Shown here in pieces: positions 1 to 13,690 of a stretch of DNA of 64,000 nucleotides (position 1 is its first letter; each line of letters starts with the position of its first letter). The stretch is taken from positions 24,182,001 through 24,246,000 of the forward strand of contig CM059433.1 in NCBI GenBank assembly GCA_030390025.1. The letters are read 5' to 3'. Source of the stretch: Squalus acanthias (lineage: Eukaryota). Position numbers and translations under genes: made by a program. The notes beneath the pieces were generated by a model. That model worked only from the letters and a program-made list of their open reading frames with translations. It did no database searches and had not been told where the DNA came from.

Positions 1-1683
1 ATCCAACTTGACACTTTGCCCTGGATCCCATGGGCTTTTAACTTCGTGACCCGTCTGCCATGTGGAACCTTATCAAAAGCCTTGCTAAAGTCCATATACA
101 CTACATCAAATGCACTACCCTCATCTACCCTCCTTGTTACCTCCTCAAAAAATTCAATCAAGTTTGTCAGACACAACCTTCCCTTAACAAATCCATGCTG
201 ACTATCCTTGATTAATCCGTGTCTTTCTAAATGCAGATTTATCCTGTCCTTCAGAATTCTTTCCAATAATTTTCCCACCACCGAGGTTAGGCTGACTGGC
301 CTGTAATTACTCGGTCTATCCTTTTCTCCCTTTTTAAACAAGGGTTCCACATTAGCAGTCCTCCAGTCCTCCGGCACCACACCTGAAGCCAGAGAGGATG
401 GGAAAATGATGGTCAGGGCCTCTGCTATTTCCTCTTTTGCTTCGCTTAACAGCCTAGGATACATTTCATCCGTGCCTGGGGATTTATCCACTTTTAAAGC
501 TGCTAAACCCCTTAATACTTCCTCTCTCACTATGTTTATTTCATCTAATATTTCACACTCCACCTCCCTGATAGCAATATCTGCTTCGCCCCTCTTCTTT
601 GTGAAAGCAGACGCAAAGTATTCATTAAGAACCCTACTGACGTCTCCCGCCTCCACACACAGATTACCCTCATGATCTCTAATAGGCCCTACCCTTTCTT
701 TAGTTATCCTCTTACTCTTAATATATTTATAAAACATCTTTGGGTTTTCCCTGATTTTACTTGGCAAGAATTTTTCATGTTCTCTCTTTGCTTTCCTAAT
801 ATCCTTTTTAATTGCATCCCTGCACTTTCTGTACTCCTCTAAAGATTCTGCAGTATTTAGCCCTCGGTATCTGTCATAAGCCTCCCTTTTTTTCTTTATC
901 CTACCCTGTATGTCCCTAGACATCCAGGGGGCTCTAGATTTGATAGTCCCACCTTTTTTCTTTAAGGGCACATATTTGGTCTGAACCCTCCGGATCTCCT
1001 CCTTGAATGCCTTCCACTGCTCTGAGACTGATTTACCTTCAAGTAGCTGTTTCCAGTCCACTATGGCTAAATCCCCTCTGAGCTTAGCAAAATTTGCTTT
1101 TCCCCAATTTAGAATTTTTATTCCTGGTCTATCCTTGTCCTTTTCCATAACTACCTTAAATCTAACAGAATTATGGTCACTAGCACCAAAATGCTCCCCC
1201 ACTGATATGCCTTCTACCTGCCCAGCTTCATTCCCTAAAACTAAGTCCAGACCGCCTCCTCCCTTGTTGGGCTTGCTACATACTGGCTAAAAAGGTTCTC
1301 CTGGATGCATTTTAGGAATTCCGCACCCTCTATACCCTTCACACTAATTTTATCCCAGTTAATATTGGGGTAGTTGAAATCCCCTACTATTACTGCCCTA
1401 TAGTTTTTGCACTTCTCAGAAATTTGTCCACATATTTGTTCTTCTATCCCCCGCTCACTGTTTGGGTGTCTGTAGTACACTCCCAGCAGTGTGATCACCC
1501 CTTTTTTGTTTTTCAATTCGACCCATATGGCCTCGTTTGATGATCCCTCCAACATATCATCCCTCCTCACAGCTGTAATAGTTTCTTTAATCAATACCGT
1601 GACTCCCCCTCCCTTTTCACCTCCCTCTCTATCCCATCTGAAAATCCTGTAACCAGGAATGTTGAGCTGCCATACCTGCCCCA
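1..1683 (-). mobile_element. CR1 LINE ORF2 fragment (APE endonuclease into RT), degenerate, runs off the window start
   Basis: ORF 1241-1744 contains GYRIFRWDR..GGGV, GVYYR and IVGDFNYP. RT-like motifs occur near positions 1-500. Confidence 0.9.
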
Positions 1684-1802
1684 GTCGATGGCCGGAATTT
1701 TGCCGGCACTCAGGGGGCGGGTTTGGAGGCGGGACATCTGGCAAAATCGCAAAGATTGACAGAGGGCAGGAAACCCACTGTCAACCCGCCTCCAATCAAT
1801 TT

Positions 1803-3646
1803 AAAAACAGACAGAGCTTCTACAGGTATATAAAAAGGAAGAAAGTAGCTAAAGTAAATGTTGGTCCCTTAGAGGATGAGACTGGGGAATTAATAATGGG
1901 AAATAGAGAAATGGCAGGGACTCTAAACAATTATTTTGGATCGGTCTTCATGGTAGAAGACACTAAAAACATCCCAATAATAATAGATAATCAAGGGGCT
2001 ATAGGGAGGGAGGAACTTAAAACAATCTCTATCACTAGAGAAAAAGTACTAGGCAAACTAATGGGGCTAAAGGCCGACAAGTCCCCTGGACCTGATGGCC
2101 CTCATCCTAGGGTCTTAAAAGAAGTGGCTGCAGAGATAGTGGCTGCGTTGGTTGTAATCTACCAAAATTCTCTGGATTCTGGAGTGGTCCCAGCGGATTG
2201 GAAAACCGCAAATGTAACGCCACTATTCAAGAAAGGAGGGAGACAGAAAGCAGGAAACTATAGGCCAGTCAGCCTAACATCTGTCATTGGGAAAATGCTG
2301 GAATCCATTATTAAGGAGGTAATAGCAGGACATTTAGAAAATCATAAGACTATCAAGCAGAGTCAACATGGTTTTATGAAAGGGAAATCTTGTTTGACAA
2401 ATTTGCTATAGAGTTTTTTGAGGATGTAACAAGCAGGGTGAATAAAGGGGAACCAGTAGATGTAGTGTATTTGGATTTCCAGAAGGCATTCGATAAGGTG
2501 CCACATAAAAGGTTACTGCACAAGATAAGCGCGCACAGGGTTGGGGGTAATATATTGGCATGGATAGGGGATTGGCTAACTAACAGAAAACAGAGTCGGG
2601 ATAAATGGGTCATTTTCAGGTTGGCAAACTGTAACTAGTGGGGTACCACAGGGATCAGTGCTGGGGCCTCAACTATTTACAATCTATATTAATGACTTGG
2701 ATGAAGGGACCGAGTGTACTGTAGCCAAATTTGCTGATGATACAAAGACAGGTGGGTTAGCAAGTTGTGAGGAGGACACAAAGAGCCTGCAAAGGGATAT
2801 AGACAGGCTAAGTGAGCGGGCAAACATTTGGCAGATGGAGTATAATGTGGGAAAAGGTGAGGTTATCCACTTTGGAAGGAAGAATGAAAAAGCAAATTAT
2901 TATTTAAATGGAGTGAGATTACAAAATGCTGCGGTAAAAAGGGATCTGGGGTCCTAGTACATGAAACACAAAAAGTTAGCATGCAGGTACAGCAAGTAAT
3001 TAGGAAGGCTAATGAAATGTTGGCCTTTATTGCAAGAGGGATAGTGTATAAAAGTAGGGAAGTTTTGATGCAACTTTACAGGGTGCTGGTGAGACCGCAC
3101 CTGGAGTACTGCATACAGTTTTGGTCTCCATATTTAAGGAAGGATATACTTGCATTGGAGGCAGTGCAGAGAAGGTTCACTAGGTTGATTCCTGGGATGA
3201 AGGGGTTGACGTATGACGAAAGGTTGAGCAGGTTGGGCTTATACTCATTGGTGTTTAGAAGAATGAGAGGTGATCTTATTGAAACATAATAGATTCTGAG
3301 GGGGATTGACAGGGTGGATGCTGAGAGGATGTTTCCCCTAGTGGGGGTATCTAGAACTAGGGGGCATAGTTTCAGAATAAGGGGTCACCCATTTAAGACG
3401 GAGATGAGGAGGAATTTCTTCTCTCAGAGGGTCATGAATCCTTGGAATTCTCTACCCCAGAGAGCTGTGGAGGCGGAGTCACTGAATATATTCAAGGCGG
3501 AGATTGACAGACATTTGAACTACAAGGGAGTCAAGGGGTATGGGGAGGGAGCGGGAAAGTGGTGTTGAGGCCAAGATTGGATCAGCCATGATCTTTTTGA
3601 ATGGCGGAGCAGGCTCGAGGGGCCGATTGGCCTACTCCTGCTCCTA
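1803..3646 (+). mobile_element. 5'-truncated CR1 LINE (RT to 3' end), frameshifted, inserted in a small TIR element (1690-3663)
   Basis: Motifs KSPGPDG, NYRPVSLTS, YLDFQKAFD, KFADDT and RPHLEYC, followed by the CR1 3' terminus. Host termini are GGCCGGAATTTT / AAAATCGCGGCC. Confidence 0.92.
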
Positions 3647-3674
3647 TCGATAAAATCGCGGCCATAGAGTCATA

Positions 3675-3998
3675 GGGCTGGATTTTGTCTTAGGGTCGGG
3701 TTGGGGTCATGTCATCCGCATTTCGTGTTGCCCCCCCCCCCCCGACTCCAGATTAATGTGGATGAATGATGCAATTTTCACTTAATTGGGCAATTGAGTT
3801 CCAGCATGTGGGAACCCATGAACTAATTAGTAGTTTGAGTCTGAAAGTCGCCTCTGATGATGTCATCATTGCTGCTGCATTGCAGGTCAGAGACTGCCTG
3901 CCTGGTCTCAGAGACTGTCTGGGTATTGCTGAGAGAGGATCTTCCTGGCTTCTGATGTGAGTGGACCTGGATACAAAATGTGAAAAGGAGAGAGCGAG

Positions 3999-4032
<34 letters not shown>

Positions 4033-4509
4033 AGAGAGAGAGATTGAGAGAGAGATTTTGCATCCAAGTCCTCTCCCAAAGGCCATGCAGTCTCTGAAGA
4101 CATTCAATGCAGCAGCATCAGAGGCGACTTTCACACCTAATACTACTACTACCTTCATCACATCTCCGTTGTAATAGTGGACCTGCAGCTGATAGTCAGC
4201 TATCCACTTGTGCTCCCGCCAGGTTTCACTGGAGTGTTTCACATCAGGCGTACTTCACGTCGGAAAAGGGTTAAACTAGCTAAAACGTTTCAAAATGGCA
4301 TTACAGAGCCAATTTAGGGCTTGTTAAGGGCTTTAAAGGCCTCTCCCGCCTCTTGGAGGTGGGACAGAGTCGGGAACCCCGCGACTGATTTTGTCAAAAT
4401 TGCGTGGAGGCGGGATGGAGTCGGGATGGGGTCGGGACCCCCGACCCCGCAAATTTAACCCCCCACACGCCTCCAAACCCGACTCCATGGGTCATTCAAA
4501 ATCCAGCCC
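3675..4509. mobile_element. Non-autonomous Harbinger-type MITE
   Basis: TIR GGGCTGGATTTTG / CAAAATCCAGCCC and TSD ATA. Inserted in the (CATAGAGT)n tail of the next CR1. Contains a (GA)n tract at ~3988-4055. Confidence 0.8.
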
Positions 4510-5942
4510 ATAGAGTCATAACAGCACAGAAGGAGGCCATTCGGCCCATCGAGTCCGCGCCGGCTCACTGCAGAGCAATCCAGTCAGTCCCATTCCCACG
4601 CTCTATCCCCGTAGCCCTGCAAGTTTATTTCAATCAAGTGCCTATCCAGTCTCCCCTTGAAAACATTGATTGTCTCCGCTTCCACCACTTCCGTTGGCAG
4701 CGAGTTCCAGGTCCTCACCACTCGCTGCATAAAATTTTATTTCCTCACATCCCCCCTGTATCTCTTGCCCAAAACCTTAAATCTGTGTCCCCTAGTCCTT
4801 GTACCATCAACTAGTGGGAACAGCCTTTCCCCGCCTAGCCTATCCAAACCCGTCATAATCTTGTACACCTCTATCAAATCACCCCTCAACCTCCTTTGCT
4901 CTGATGAAAACAAATCCAGCTTCTCCAACCTGTCCTCGTAGCTAAGATCTCCCATCCCCAGAACCATTCTGGTAAATCTCCTCTGCACCCTCTCAAGGGC
5001 CTTCACATCCTTCCTAAAGTGAGGTGACCAGAACTGGATGCAATACTCCAGTTGTGGCCTAACCAGCGCTTTATAAAGGTACAGCATAACTTCTCTGCTT
5101 TTGTACTCAATATCTCTATTTATGAAGCCCAAGGTGCCATATGCTTTTATGCTTTGCTAACCACTCTCTCAATATGTCCTGCCACCGTCAGGGACCTATG
5201 CACATTAACTCCCAGGTCCCTCTGTCCTGCACACTCTTTAAAACTGTGCCATTAAGTGTATATTGCCTCTCTCTGTTCCTTCTGCCAAACTGCATCACCT
5301 CACACTTCTCTGTATTAAATTCCATCTGCCACTTGTCTGCCCATTCTGCTAGCCTATCTATGTCCTGTTGCAGTCGATTGATATCATCATCACTGTATGC
5401 CACACCCCCAAGTTTGGTGTCATCGGCAAATTTAGAAATTCTACTCTGTATTCCAATATCCAGGTCATTTATATATATATATCAAAAAAAGCAGTGGTCC
5501 CAGCACTGAGCCTTGGGGAACACCACTGTCTACCATCCTCCAGTCTGAAAAACTGCCATTTACCACAACTCGCTGTTTTCTGTCCTTAAGCCAATTCCTT
5601 ATCCAAGCTGCCACTGACCCACCTATTCCATGAGCCTCAATTTTGTTAACCAGCCTTCTCTGTGGTACTTTGTCAAATGCCTTCCTAAAATCTATGTAGA
5701 CAACATCCATTGCATTCCCTTCATCAATTCTCCCTGTTACTTCATCAAAAAATTCAATTAGTTTAGTCAAACACGATCTGCCCTTTACAAATCCGTGTTG
5801 GCTCTCCTTAATTAGCTTAAACCTCTCCAAGTGCCCGGTAATTTTTTCCTTGATTATTGTTTCTAAAACTTTACCCACCACTGATGTTAAACTGACCGGC
5901 CTGTAGTTACTAGGATTGTCCTTACACCCTTTCTTGAACAAT
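4510..5942 (-). mobile_element. 5'-truncated CR1 LINE, RT and 3' end
   Basis: ORFs 5465-5941, 5188-5403 and 4737-5132 carry CR1 RT and C-terminal motifs. Confidence 0.92.
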
Positions 5943-5944
5943 AT

Positions 5945-6365
5945 CTTTTACCCTGGCACCAGGGAGGCAACATACCATTCAGGAATCACGTTTGCGGTTA
6001 CAGGAACGCTTGTCTGTGCCCCTAACTATCAAATCCCCTATGATTACTGCATTTCTACACTTACTTTTTCCACTACGTGCAGTCAAATTTCCCGTGGTGC
6101 CGGGGTTTGATTCTTACTGCATTCCTCAAAGGAGTCGTCACCCTCCCCGGTATTCAAAACTGAAAACTGGTTAGCGAGTGTTAGTGGCTTGGGGAATTCT
6201 TGCACTACCTGTGTCTTACTCCTACCCTGTCTGGTGGTCACCCATTCCCTCACCTCCTGCACCTTCTGTAGCTGTGGGGTGACCACCTCCTGGAACGTAC
6301 GTTTGAGGAAACTCTCAGACTCCCGGATGCACTGCATTGATTCCAGCCGCTCCTCAAGCTCAGAA
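5945..6365 (-). mobile_element. CR1 ORF1-like fragment
   Basis: RESESFLKRTFQEVVTPQ...EWVTTR...LANQFSVL resembles vertebrate CR1 ORF1. Confidence 0.65.
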
Positions 6366-6367
6366 AC

Positions 6368-6720
6368 TCACAACACAAACGTGACAGAGGAGAGAGCGGA
6401 CAGCCCTGCCTGACTCTGGATCTGATCAGAAAGGTTTCCGATTCCAACCCGTTGTTTAAATCTGCTAAGGTGTCGGTGTAGAGCAGTGTGAGCCAATTGT
6501 GGATTCCTTCTCCAAACCCCATTTTGGAGAGCATGGAGCATGTCCATCATGTAATATGTGATATCCTATCGCAGGCCTTCTTCTGGTCCAGGCTGAGATA
6601 AGCAGCGGCCCACCTTCCTCTCCCATACACAGGCGACCTGAGTAGCATGAGACTATCAGAGATCTTCCTGCCAGACTGTGACACAGGGCTGATGAGAACA
6701 GATGCTACACTTTGAATTAA
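6368..6720 (-). mobile_element. Degenerate L1/Tx1-clade RT fragment
   Basis: Motifs GRKISDSLMLLR, LSLDQKKACDRISH, KMGFGEG..W..LLY and VRQGCPLSPL. Confidence 0.75.
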
Positions 6721-7879
6721 GAGGAGTGAACATTGCAACTCGTGATTGGCTTTCTGCCATGTTTGTGCCTATTATACATAAGGAAATTAGAAACAGTGCA
6801 AACATTTCAAATAAATAAGATCAAAATATTTCCTTAATGGTGTCAGAACTAGGACAATACCGTCTGTTTTAAGAAAAGGGAGCAATCAAGTTCAGCAGTA
6901 GGAAGGAACATGTGAAATCATAAGTACAGGGTTTTCAATCATTGATAACCCACTCGCTTCAGACCAGCCACAGTAAGAAATTAGCCGAGCGTTTATATAA
7001 TCCCTCTAAATACTAACCTTTTTTATGTTGAGGTGGGTTATATTATTTTATATGAATGCATTTTTCATATACTAATTTTGTCACATACGTTTAATTTTAA
7101 TTTCGATGATCACGTCATCTCAAAAACTAAAAGAGAACAATTGTTTGCACATTGAATGCTGGGAAGCTATGTAATTATTCGTAAGACAAAAACAAAGAAA
7201 GTATTGCAGTGATGGTTTTACCATTTTGACAAATGAGATATAACCGCGTAACAAGATAGCTACAAATTGAGTAATCCAACACTAGCTGATTAAAACTGTT
7301 AAAAAAATAAAATAAAACAAATCTACACTCTGTTGCTAGTTGCAACAGGTTTTCATTTTCAGTTTTGCAATGACTAATTTACCCAACAAAAGTCACTACA
7401 CTCCGTTACCATTGTAAAGCTAAATGCAATGCTGGAGACTCAAGACCATAGGTTTTATTGCCAGAGAGAGGAAATGTTTATGGGGACACTGTTACCATTA
7501 CAAAGCTAAATGAAGTGATAAAGATTCAAAACCTATGACTCCCTAAATGTTTACTGCCAGTTAAGCAGAGAGGAATTTTTTTATGAATGTGAAGACTCAG
7601 CCAAGTGTAGCCAAATTGGCATGAGATTCAGGGGCTGTTTTAGGCCCCAGAAGCTGTTTGGACTGTCACAAACTCTACTTATTCTGTTTAATAACAAAAT
7701 ATTCCAGCAAACCAAATAACTAAATTAATTGTAGCTCTTTAAAAACGTGGGTGATTGTCCAGAAATTAAGACATGCCATTGCGTTGTGGCTCCCAAGTTT
7801 CAGGGAGATTGTAATCAATGATATGGGTGCAAGGACAACAATTAGTCCTGCAAAAGAAAAACATCTGGGTAATTAATCG

Positions 7880-8625
7880 CACGGATTTTGCTGTGAGCAG
7901 CGAAGGAACAGCTTTCGCGTACAGTTGCCCCGAGACTTTTTGCGGGCCTGTCGGTGGAGATTCCTAGTTTTTGGGTGTCTGATCCAGCGTGGTGCCCTCA
8001 ATGGTGGATCTGTGAGCACACGAGGCTCTTCAAGCAATCAGATTAAAGAATACTCACTGAGACACACAGACTGCAAAGCAGGAATTAAAAGAACAAGAAA
8101 TATTAATTACATTTAAATCATTGTACGGGTAGCAAAATAAAAAATTGGGACATACACATAGGATTAATGGAGAGACATAAAAGAGAAAAACAGAAAAAAT
8201 ATATTGTAATTTTTATTTTAAATCTGCAACATTAATTTTCTTCTGAGGGAATGAGACTCCACACTTGTAAAATTAATTTTTCAGGGCCAGAGAGGTTGTT
8301 CAGCAGTAATTACCATTTATTACACCATTAAAAACTCAGTTACTCCTGATTGAACAAGCCCTAACCTTTTCATCTGTCTTCACAACAACAACTTGTATTT
8401 ATATAGCGAAAGACTAGTGGGTAATTACCCAAAGTTCACGCCATTACAGTTATTTCTGTGCAGATTCCATCGGCAAAGACTCCAACAGCGCAGCCTGTGG
8501 AGGAGCAGGGTATCACTGACAGCACCTTCCGGATTTCCGCATTTAACTGCACATGTGCAGACTCCAGAAGTTGCTGTCAGTTTTACCCTGTAATAACGGC
8601 GAACGCTGACAGCCTCAAGCTGGTG
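7880..8625. mobile_element. Non-autonomous DNA element, homologous to 52008-52797
   Basis: Shared blocks ggattttgc...caatcagatt...gaatgagactcca...aattttcagggcc...cttccggatttccgc...agttgctgtc. Confidence 0.7.
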
Positions 8626-8777
8626 CTGAATGGAAATGATTTCTAATTAAAAGTCTCATTTAATGGAATAAAAATTGTACTTTTGTAAGGAAATCAGCTT
8701 ATTAAAAAGAAATTGATAAAGCGTGGGTTTCAATTAAATGTTCCTTTATATGGAGTTGTATTTTAACTTTTGGTAAT

Positions 8778-9220
8778 AAAGAAAGACTTGCATTTATATA
8801 GCACCTTTCACGACCACCGGACGTTCCAAAGTGCTTTGCAGCCAATGAAGTACTTTTGGAGTGTAGTCACTGTTGTAATGTAGGAAACGCGGCAGCCAAT
8901 TTGCGCACAGCAAGCTCCCACAAACAGCAATGTGACACTGACCAGATAATCTGTTTTTGTTATGTTGATTGAGGGATAAATATTGGCCAGGACACTGGGG
9001 ATAACTCCCCTGCTGTTCTTCAAAATAGTGCCATGGGATCTTTTACGTCCACCTGAGAGAGCAGACAGGGCCTCGGTTTAACACCTCATCCAAAAGACAG
9101 CACCTCCGACAGTGCAGCACTCATTCAGTACTGCACTGGAGTGTCAGCCTAGGTTTTTGTGCTCAAGTCTCTGGAGTCTTCATAACTCACAGGTAGGAGT
9201 GCTACCCACTGAATCATGGG
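8778..9220 (-). mobile_element. tRNA-derived Deu-SINE (SacSINE1-like)
   Basis: Highly similar copies at 22815-23245, 25750-26107 plus 27415-27500, and 41450-41660. tRNA-like head with box A/B on the minus strand; (CTTT)n tail. Confidence 0.8.
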
Positions 9221-9374
9221 GTACAGCATCTGTGTCCAGCTGAGTAGGGCTTGGAGAGGGCTGCGCCCTCCAGCGCAGTCTCTCCACTGCTGTCCCTGCC
9301 ACCATCGCTGCTCTTGCTCACTTATGAAGTGTGAATCACCAGGTGAAAACCAACTGTGGGCAGTGGAGGAAGAG

Positions 9375-12300
9375 TTATGAACATATGAACAATGACAGAC
9401 AGGTAAAGACCCTCTGGTCCATCAAGCCTGTCCCACAAAATTGCGATACCTTGTGTACCACAACGTATACACTCTACCCCATCCAAAACCATGTGATCTC
9501 CTGGGAGAGGCAAAAAAAAACAGATTAAAACCCAGGCCAATTTGGGGGAAAAAATCTGGGAAATTCCTCTCCGACCCATCTAGGCGATTGAAACTAGCCC
9601 AGGAGATCACTTCGGCCCTGAATTCCCTGCAGTACCTACCTTCTGTAAGAGGTGATCTCCGCCCCAGCCAGAAACAGGTCCAGCTCTCGCTTGAAGGAAT
9701 TTAGTGAATCAGCGTTCACCGCATTAGCTGGCACCTGTTCCAGAGGTCCACTATTTTCTGGGAAAAGAACCACCTCCTGATATCTAACCTAGATCTAGCC
9801 TTATACAACTTCAATTTGTGACCCTGGTCCTGCCTAACCTATTTAATGGAATTAAACTGTCAACTGGAATACAAAATATTCCCTTCATTATCTTATAAAC
9901 CTCAAACAGATCACCTCTAAGTCTACACTTCTCTAAAGTGTAGAGTCATAACTCTTTTAGCCTACCTTGATAACTAAGGTGCTTTAGACTGGGAATTAGT
10001 CTTGTGGCTCTCCTCTGCACCCTCTCCAAAGCCTCAATATCACCCACCATGTGAGGAGACCAAAACTGGACACAGTATTTCAAGTGTGGCCTGACCAAGG
10101 GCTTGTACAAGGACAAAATAGTATGCCTCGTCTTATACTCAATTGTCCTATGGATATACCCCAACACCCTACTTGTTCTAGCTATCGCTTCACGACATTG
10201 CTCATGTGCCTTTAAAGATGTATGCACTAGAATGCCCAAATCTCATTCTATCTCCACCTTCCTTTTCCTGAAGGGTGTATGAATATTGAGCATTTGCCCT
10301 GCCCACATGCATAACACTGCACTTATCTAAGTTATACATAATTTTCCAATCATGAGGAAGCGTATGTAAGGATGAGAAAACAAGGTTCAGTTGGGTCGAT
10401 TGAGGGGTACAAGGTAGCAAGGAATGAGCTAAAAAAAGAGCTTAGGAGAGCTAGGAGGGGGCATGAGAAGTCCTTGGCGGGTCGGATCAAGAAAAACCCC
10501 AAGGCCTTTTACTCTTATGTGAGAAATAAAAGAATGACCAGGGTGAGGGTAGGGCCGGTCAAGGACAGTAGTGGGAACTTGTGCATGGAGTCAGAAGAAA
10601 TAGGAGAGGTGATGAATGAATACTTTTCGTCAGTGTTCACCGAGGAGAGGGGCCATGTTCTTGAGGATGAGAGTGTGATAAAGGTGGATAGGCTGGAGGT
10701 GGTAGATGTTCTGAGGGAAGATGTTTTAGCAATTTTGAAGAACCTGAGGGTCGATAAGTCCCCTGGGCCAGATGGGATATGTCCTAGGATTCTTTGGGAG
10801 GCAAGGGAGGAGATTGCAGAGCCTCTGGCTTTGATCTTTGGGTCCTCACTGTCCACGGGAATGGTGCCAGAGGACTGGAGAGTGGCGAATGTTGTTCCTC
10901 TCTTCAAGAAAGGAAATAGGAATGACCCTGGTAATTATAGGCCGGTTAGTCTTACTTCGGTGGTTGGTAAGATAATGGAAAAGGTCCTGAGGGATAGGAT
11001 TTATGACCATTTGGAAAGGGGCAACTTAATCAGGGATAGTCAACACGGATTCGTGAAGGGTAAGTCTTGCCTAACAAATTTGATTGAATTCTTTGAGGAG
11101 GTAACTAAGTGTGTAGATGAAGGTAGAGCAGTTGATGTCGTATACATGGATTTTAGTAAGGCGTTTGATAAGGTTCCCCATGGTCGGCTCATGAAGAAAG
11201 TAAGGAGTTGTGGGATAGAGGGAAATTTGGCCGATTGGATAAGTAACTGGCTATCTCATAGAAGGCAGAGGGTGGTGGTGGATGGAACATTTTCGGACTG
11301 GAGACCAGTTACCAGCGGTGTGCCACAGGGGTCGGTGCTGGGTCCTCTGCTGTTTGTGATTTTTATCAATGACTTGGAGGAGGGGACTGAAGGGTGGATC
11401 AGTAAATTTGCTGATGACACCAAGATTGGTGGAGCAGTGGATGAGGTGGAGGGCTGTTGTCGGCTGCAAAGAGACATTGATAGGATGCAGAGCTGGGCCG
11501 AAAAATGGCAGATGGAATTTAACCCTGATAAGTGCGAGGTGATTCATTTTGGGAGGGCAAATTTGAATAAGGATTACAGGGTCAACGTCAGGGTTCTGAG
11601 GAACGTGGAGGAGCAGAGGGATTTGGGGGTTCATATCCACAGATCTCTGAAAGTTGCCACTCAAGTGGATAGAGCAGTAAAGAAGGCCTATGGTGTGTTG
11701 GCGTTTATTAACAGAGGGTTTGAGTTTAAGAACCGTGAGGTTATGCTGCAACTGTACAGGACCTTGGTGAGACCACATTTGGAATATTGTGTGCAGTTCT
11801 GGTCACCTCACTATAGGAAGGACGTGGAAGCATTGGAAAGAGTGCAAAGGAGATTTACCAGGATGCTGCCTGGTTTGGGGGGGAGGTCTTATGAGGAAAG
11901 ATTGAGGGAGTTGGGGCTTTTCTCTTTAGAGCGGAGGAGGATGAGAGGCGACTTAATAGAGGTTTATAAGATGATGAGGGGGATAGATAGAGTGGATGTT
12001 CAGAGACTATTTCCTCGGGTAGAGGCAGCTGTTACAAGGGGGCATAACTATAAGGTGCATGGGGGGAGATATAGAAGGGATGTCCGAGGTAGATTCTTTA
12101 CTCAGAGAGTGGTTGGGGTGTGGAATGGACTGCCTGCTGTGATAGTGGAGTCGGACACTTTAGGAACTTTCAAGCGGTTATTGGATAAGCACATGGAGCA
12201 CACCAGAGTGATAGGGAGTGTGATAGCTTGATCTTGGTCTCGGACAATGCTCGGCACAACATCGAGGGCCGAAGGGCCTGTACTGTGCTGTACTGTTCTA

Positions 12301-13690
12301 TGTTTCTATGTTTCTAATCTCCCAACACATTAAGATCTGCCTGAAGCAGACCTGCATCATCTACAGTCCTAATACTCGCACAGATCTTGGTATCATCTGC
12401 AAATTTGCAAATTGTGCCCCCAACACCTACATCCAGATCAGTAATAAAAATAGTAAAGTGTAACGGTCCTAACACTGATCCCTGCGGGACACCACTGGTG
12501 ACTGGTCTCCAAACAGATCCAAATCCATCTATAACTACTTTTTGCCTACATCCTGCCAGCCAGTTCTCAGTCCAGCTCAATATATTACCACTAATACCAG
12601 AGGCTTCGAAGTTATAGAGAAGCCTCTTGTGCGGTACCTTATCAAAGCTTTTTGGATATCTAAATGGACAATGCCGACTGGACTTCCTTCATCCACCAAC
12701 TTTGTAACTTCTTCAAAAAATACAATTAGATTTGTAAAACATGACCTGTTTATGAAGCCATGTTGGGTGTCCCTAATCTGTCCCTCTCTATCCAAGCATT
12801 CATGTATTGCATCTCTAATGATTCCTTCAAGCATCTTACCTATTACTGATGTTAAACTAATGGACCAATAGTTACGCGGGTCTGTCTTGTCACCTTTTTT
12901 AAAGATGGGAACTACATTAGCCTCTTTCCAGTCTATAGGAACCATTCCAGAGTGCAGTGAGCTATTAAAAATACAGGCTAGGGGCTCACACAGCACATGT
13001 CCCATCTCCCTGAGGACCCTCGGCTAGATATCATCTGGCCCGGCTGCTCTATCTTTTTTCAAGTTCTTAATTCTTTCTAAAACAATATGTTCATCTATGT
13101 TAATATTACTAGTTTTGTTAGTAACCTTATTAAATTCTAATAGTTGAGCATCATCTCCAATGCTGGAGACCGATGCAAAGTATTCATTTAATATTTCCGC
13201 CATAACCATTGAAGTCCTTTGTAACCTGTCCTTGAACATTCTTCAATGGCCCAATACAGTCTTTGACAGTTCTCTGACTCTTCACATAACTGAAAAAGCT
13301 TTTCCCATTACTTCCACAGTTGTCTATGATCCTTTTTTCCATTAGCCTTTTTGCTGATCTAAAAGCAGCCTACGTTTTCTTTAGTTGTTCCTTGTACTCA
13401 ACTCTGTTTAGTTGAGTATTAAATGTCTTTAATTTATAGAAACATTTCTGTTTGCATCTTATTTGTCTTTGTACATAACTAGTCAGCCACCTTGGCTTTT
13501 TCTTACCACACTTCCTTCTTTTGACTTTGGGTACATATTTGTTTTCCACATTTTTTATCTTGTTCTTAAAAACTTTCCATTTGTACTCTACATCCGACTC
13601 ATCACCACCCAGTAGGGTTAGCCAATTTACACGTTTCAAATCATCTGCCATTTTGGTGAAGTTTGCTCTTCTGAAATCTGGAACGAGTTG
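9375..13690 (-). mobile_element. Older CR1 LINE with long 3' UTR, split by a younger CR1
   Basis: Degenerate ORF2 pieces at 13370-13690, 12577-13005 and 12314-12580 resume at 10350-9946 (LNVLGD...HDWKIMYNLDKC). Confidence 0.88.
10352..12313 (+). mobile_element. Young 5'-truncated CR1 LINE with uninterrupted 619-aa ORF2 remnant (10372-12231)
   Basis: Complete RT domain through to the C-terminus without stops; 3' tail ttctatgtttctatgtttcta. Confidence 0.95.
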
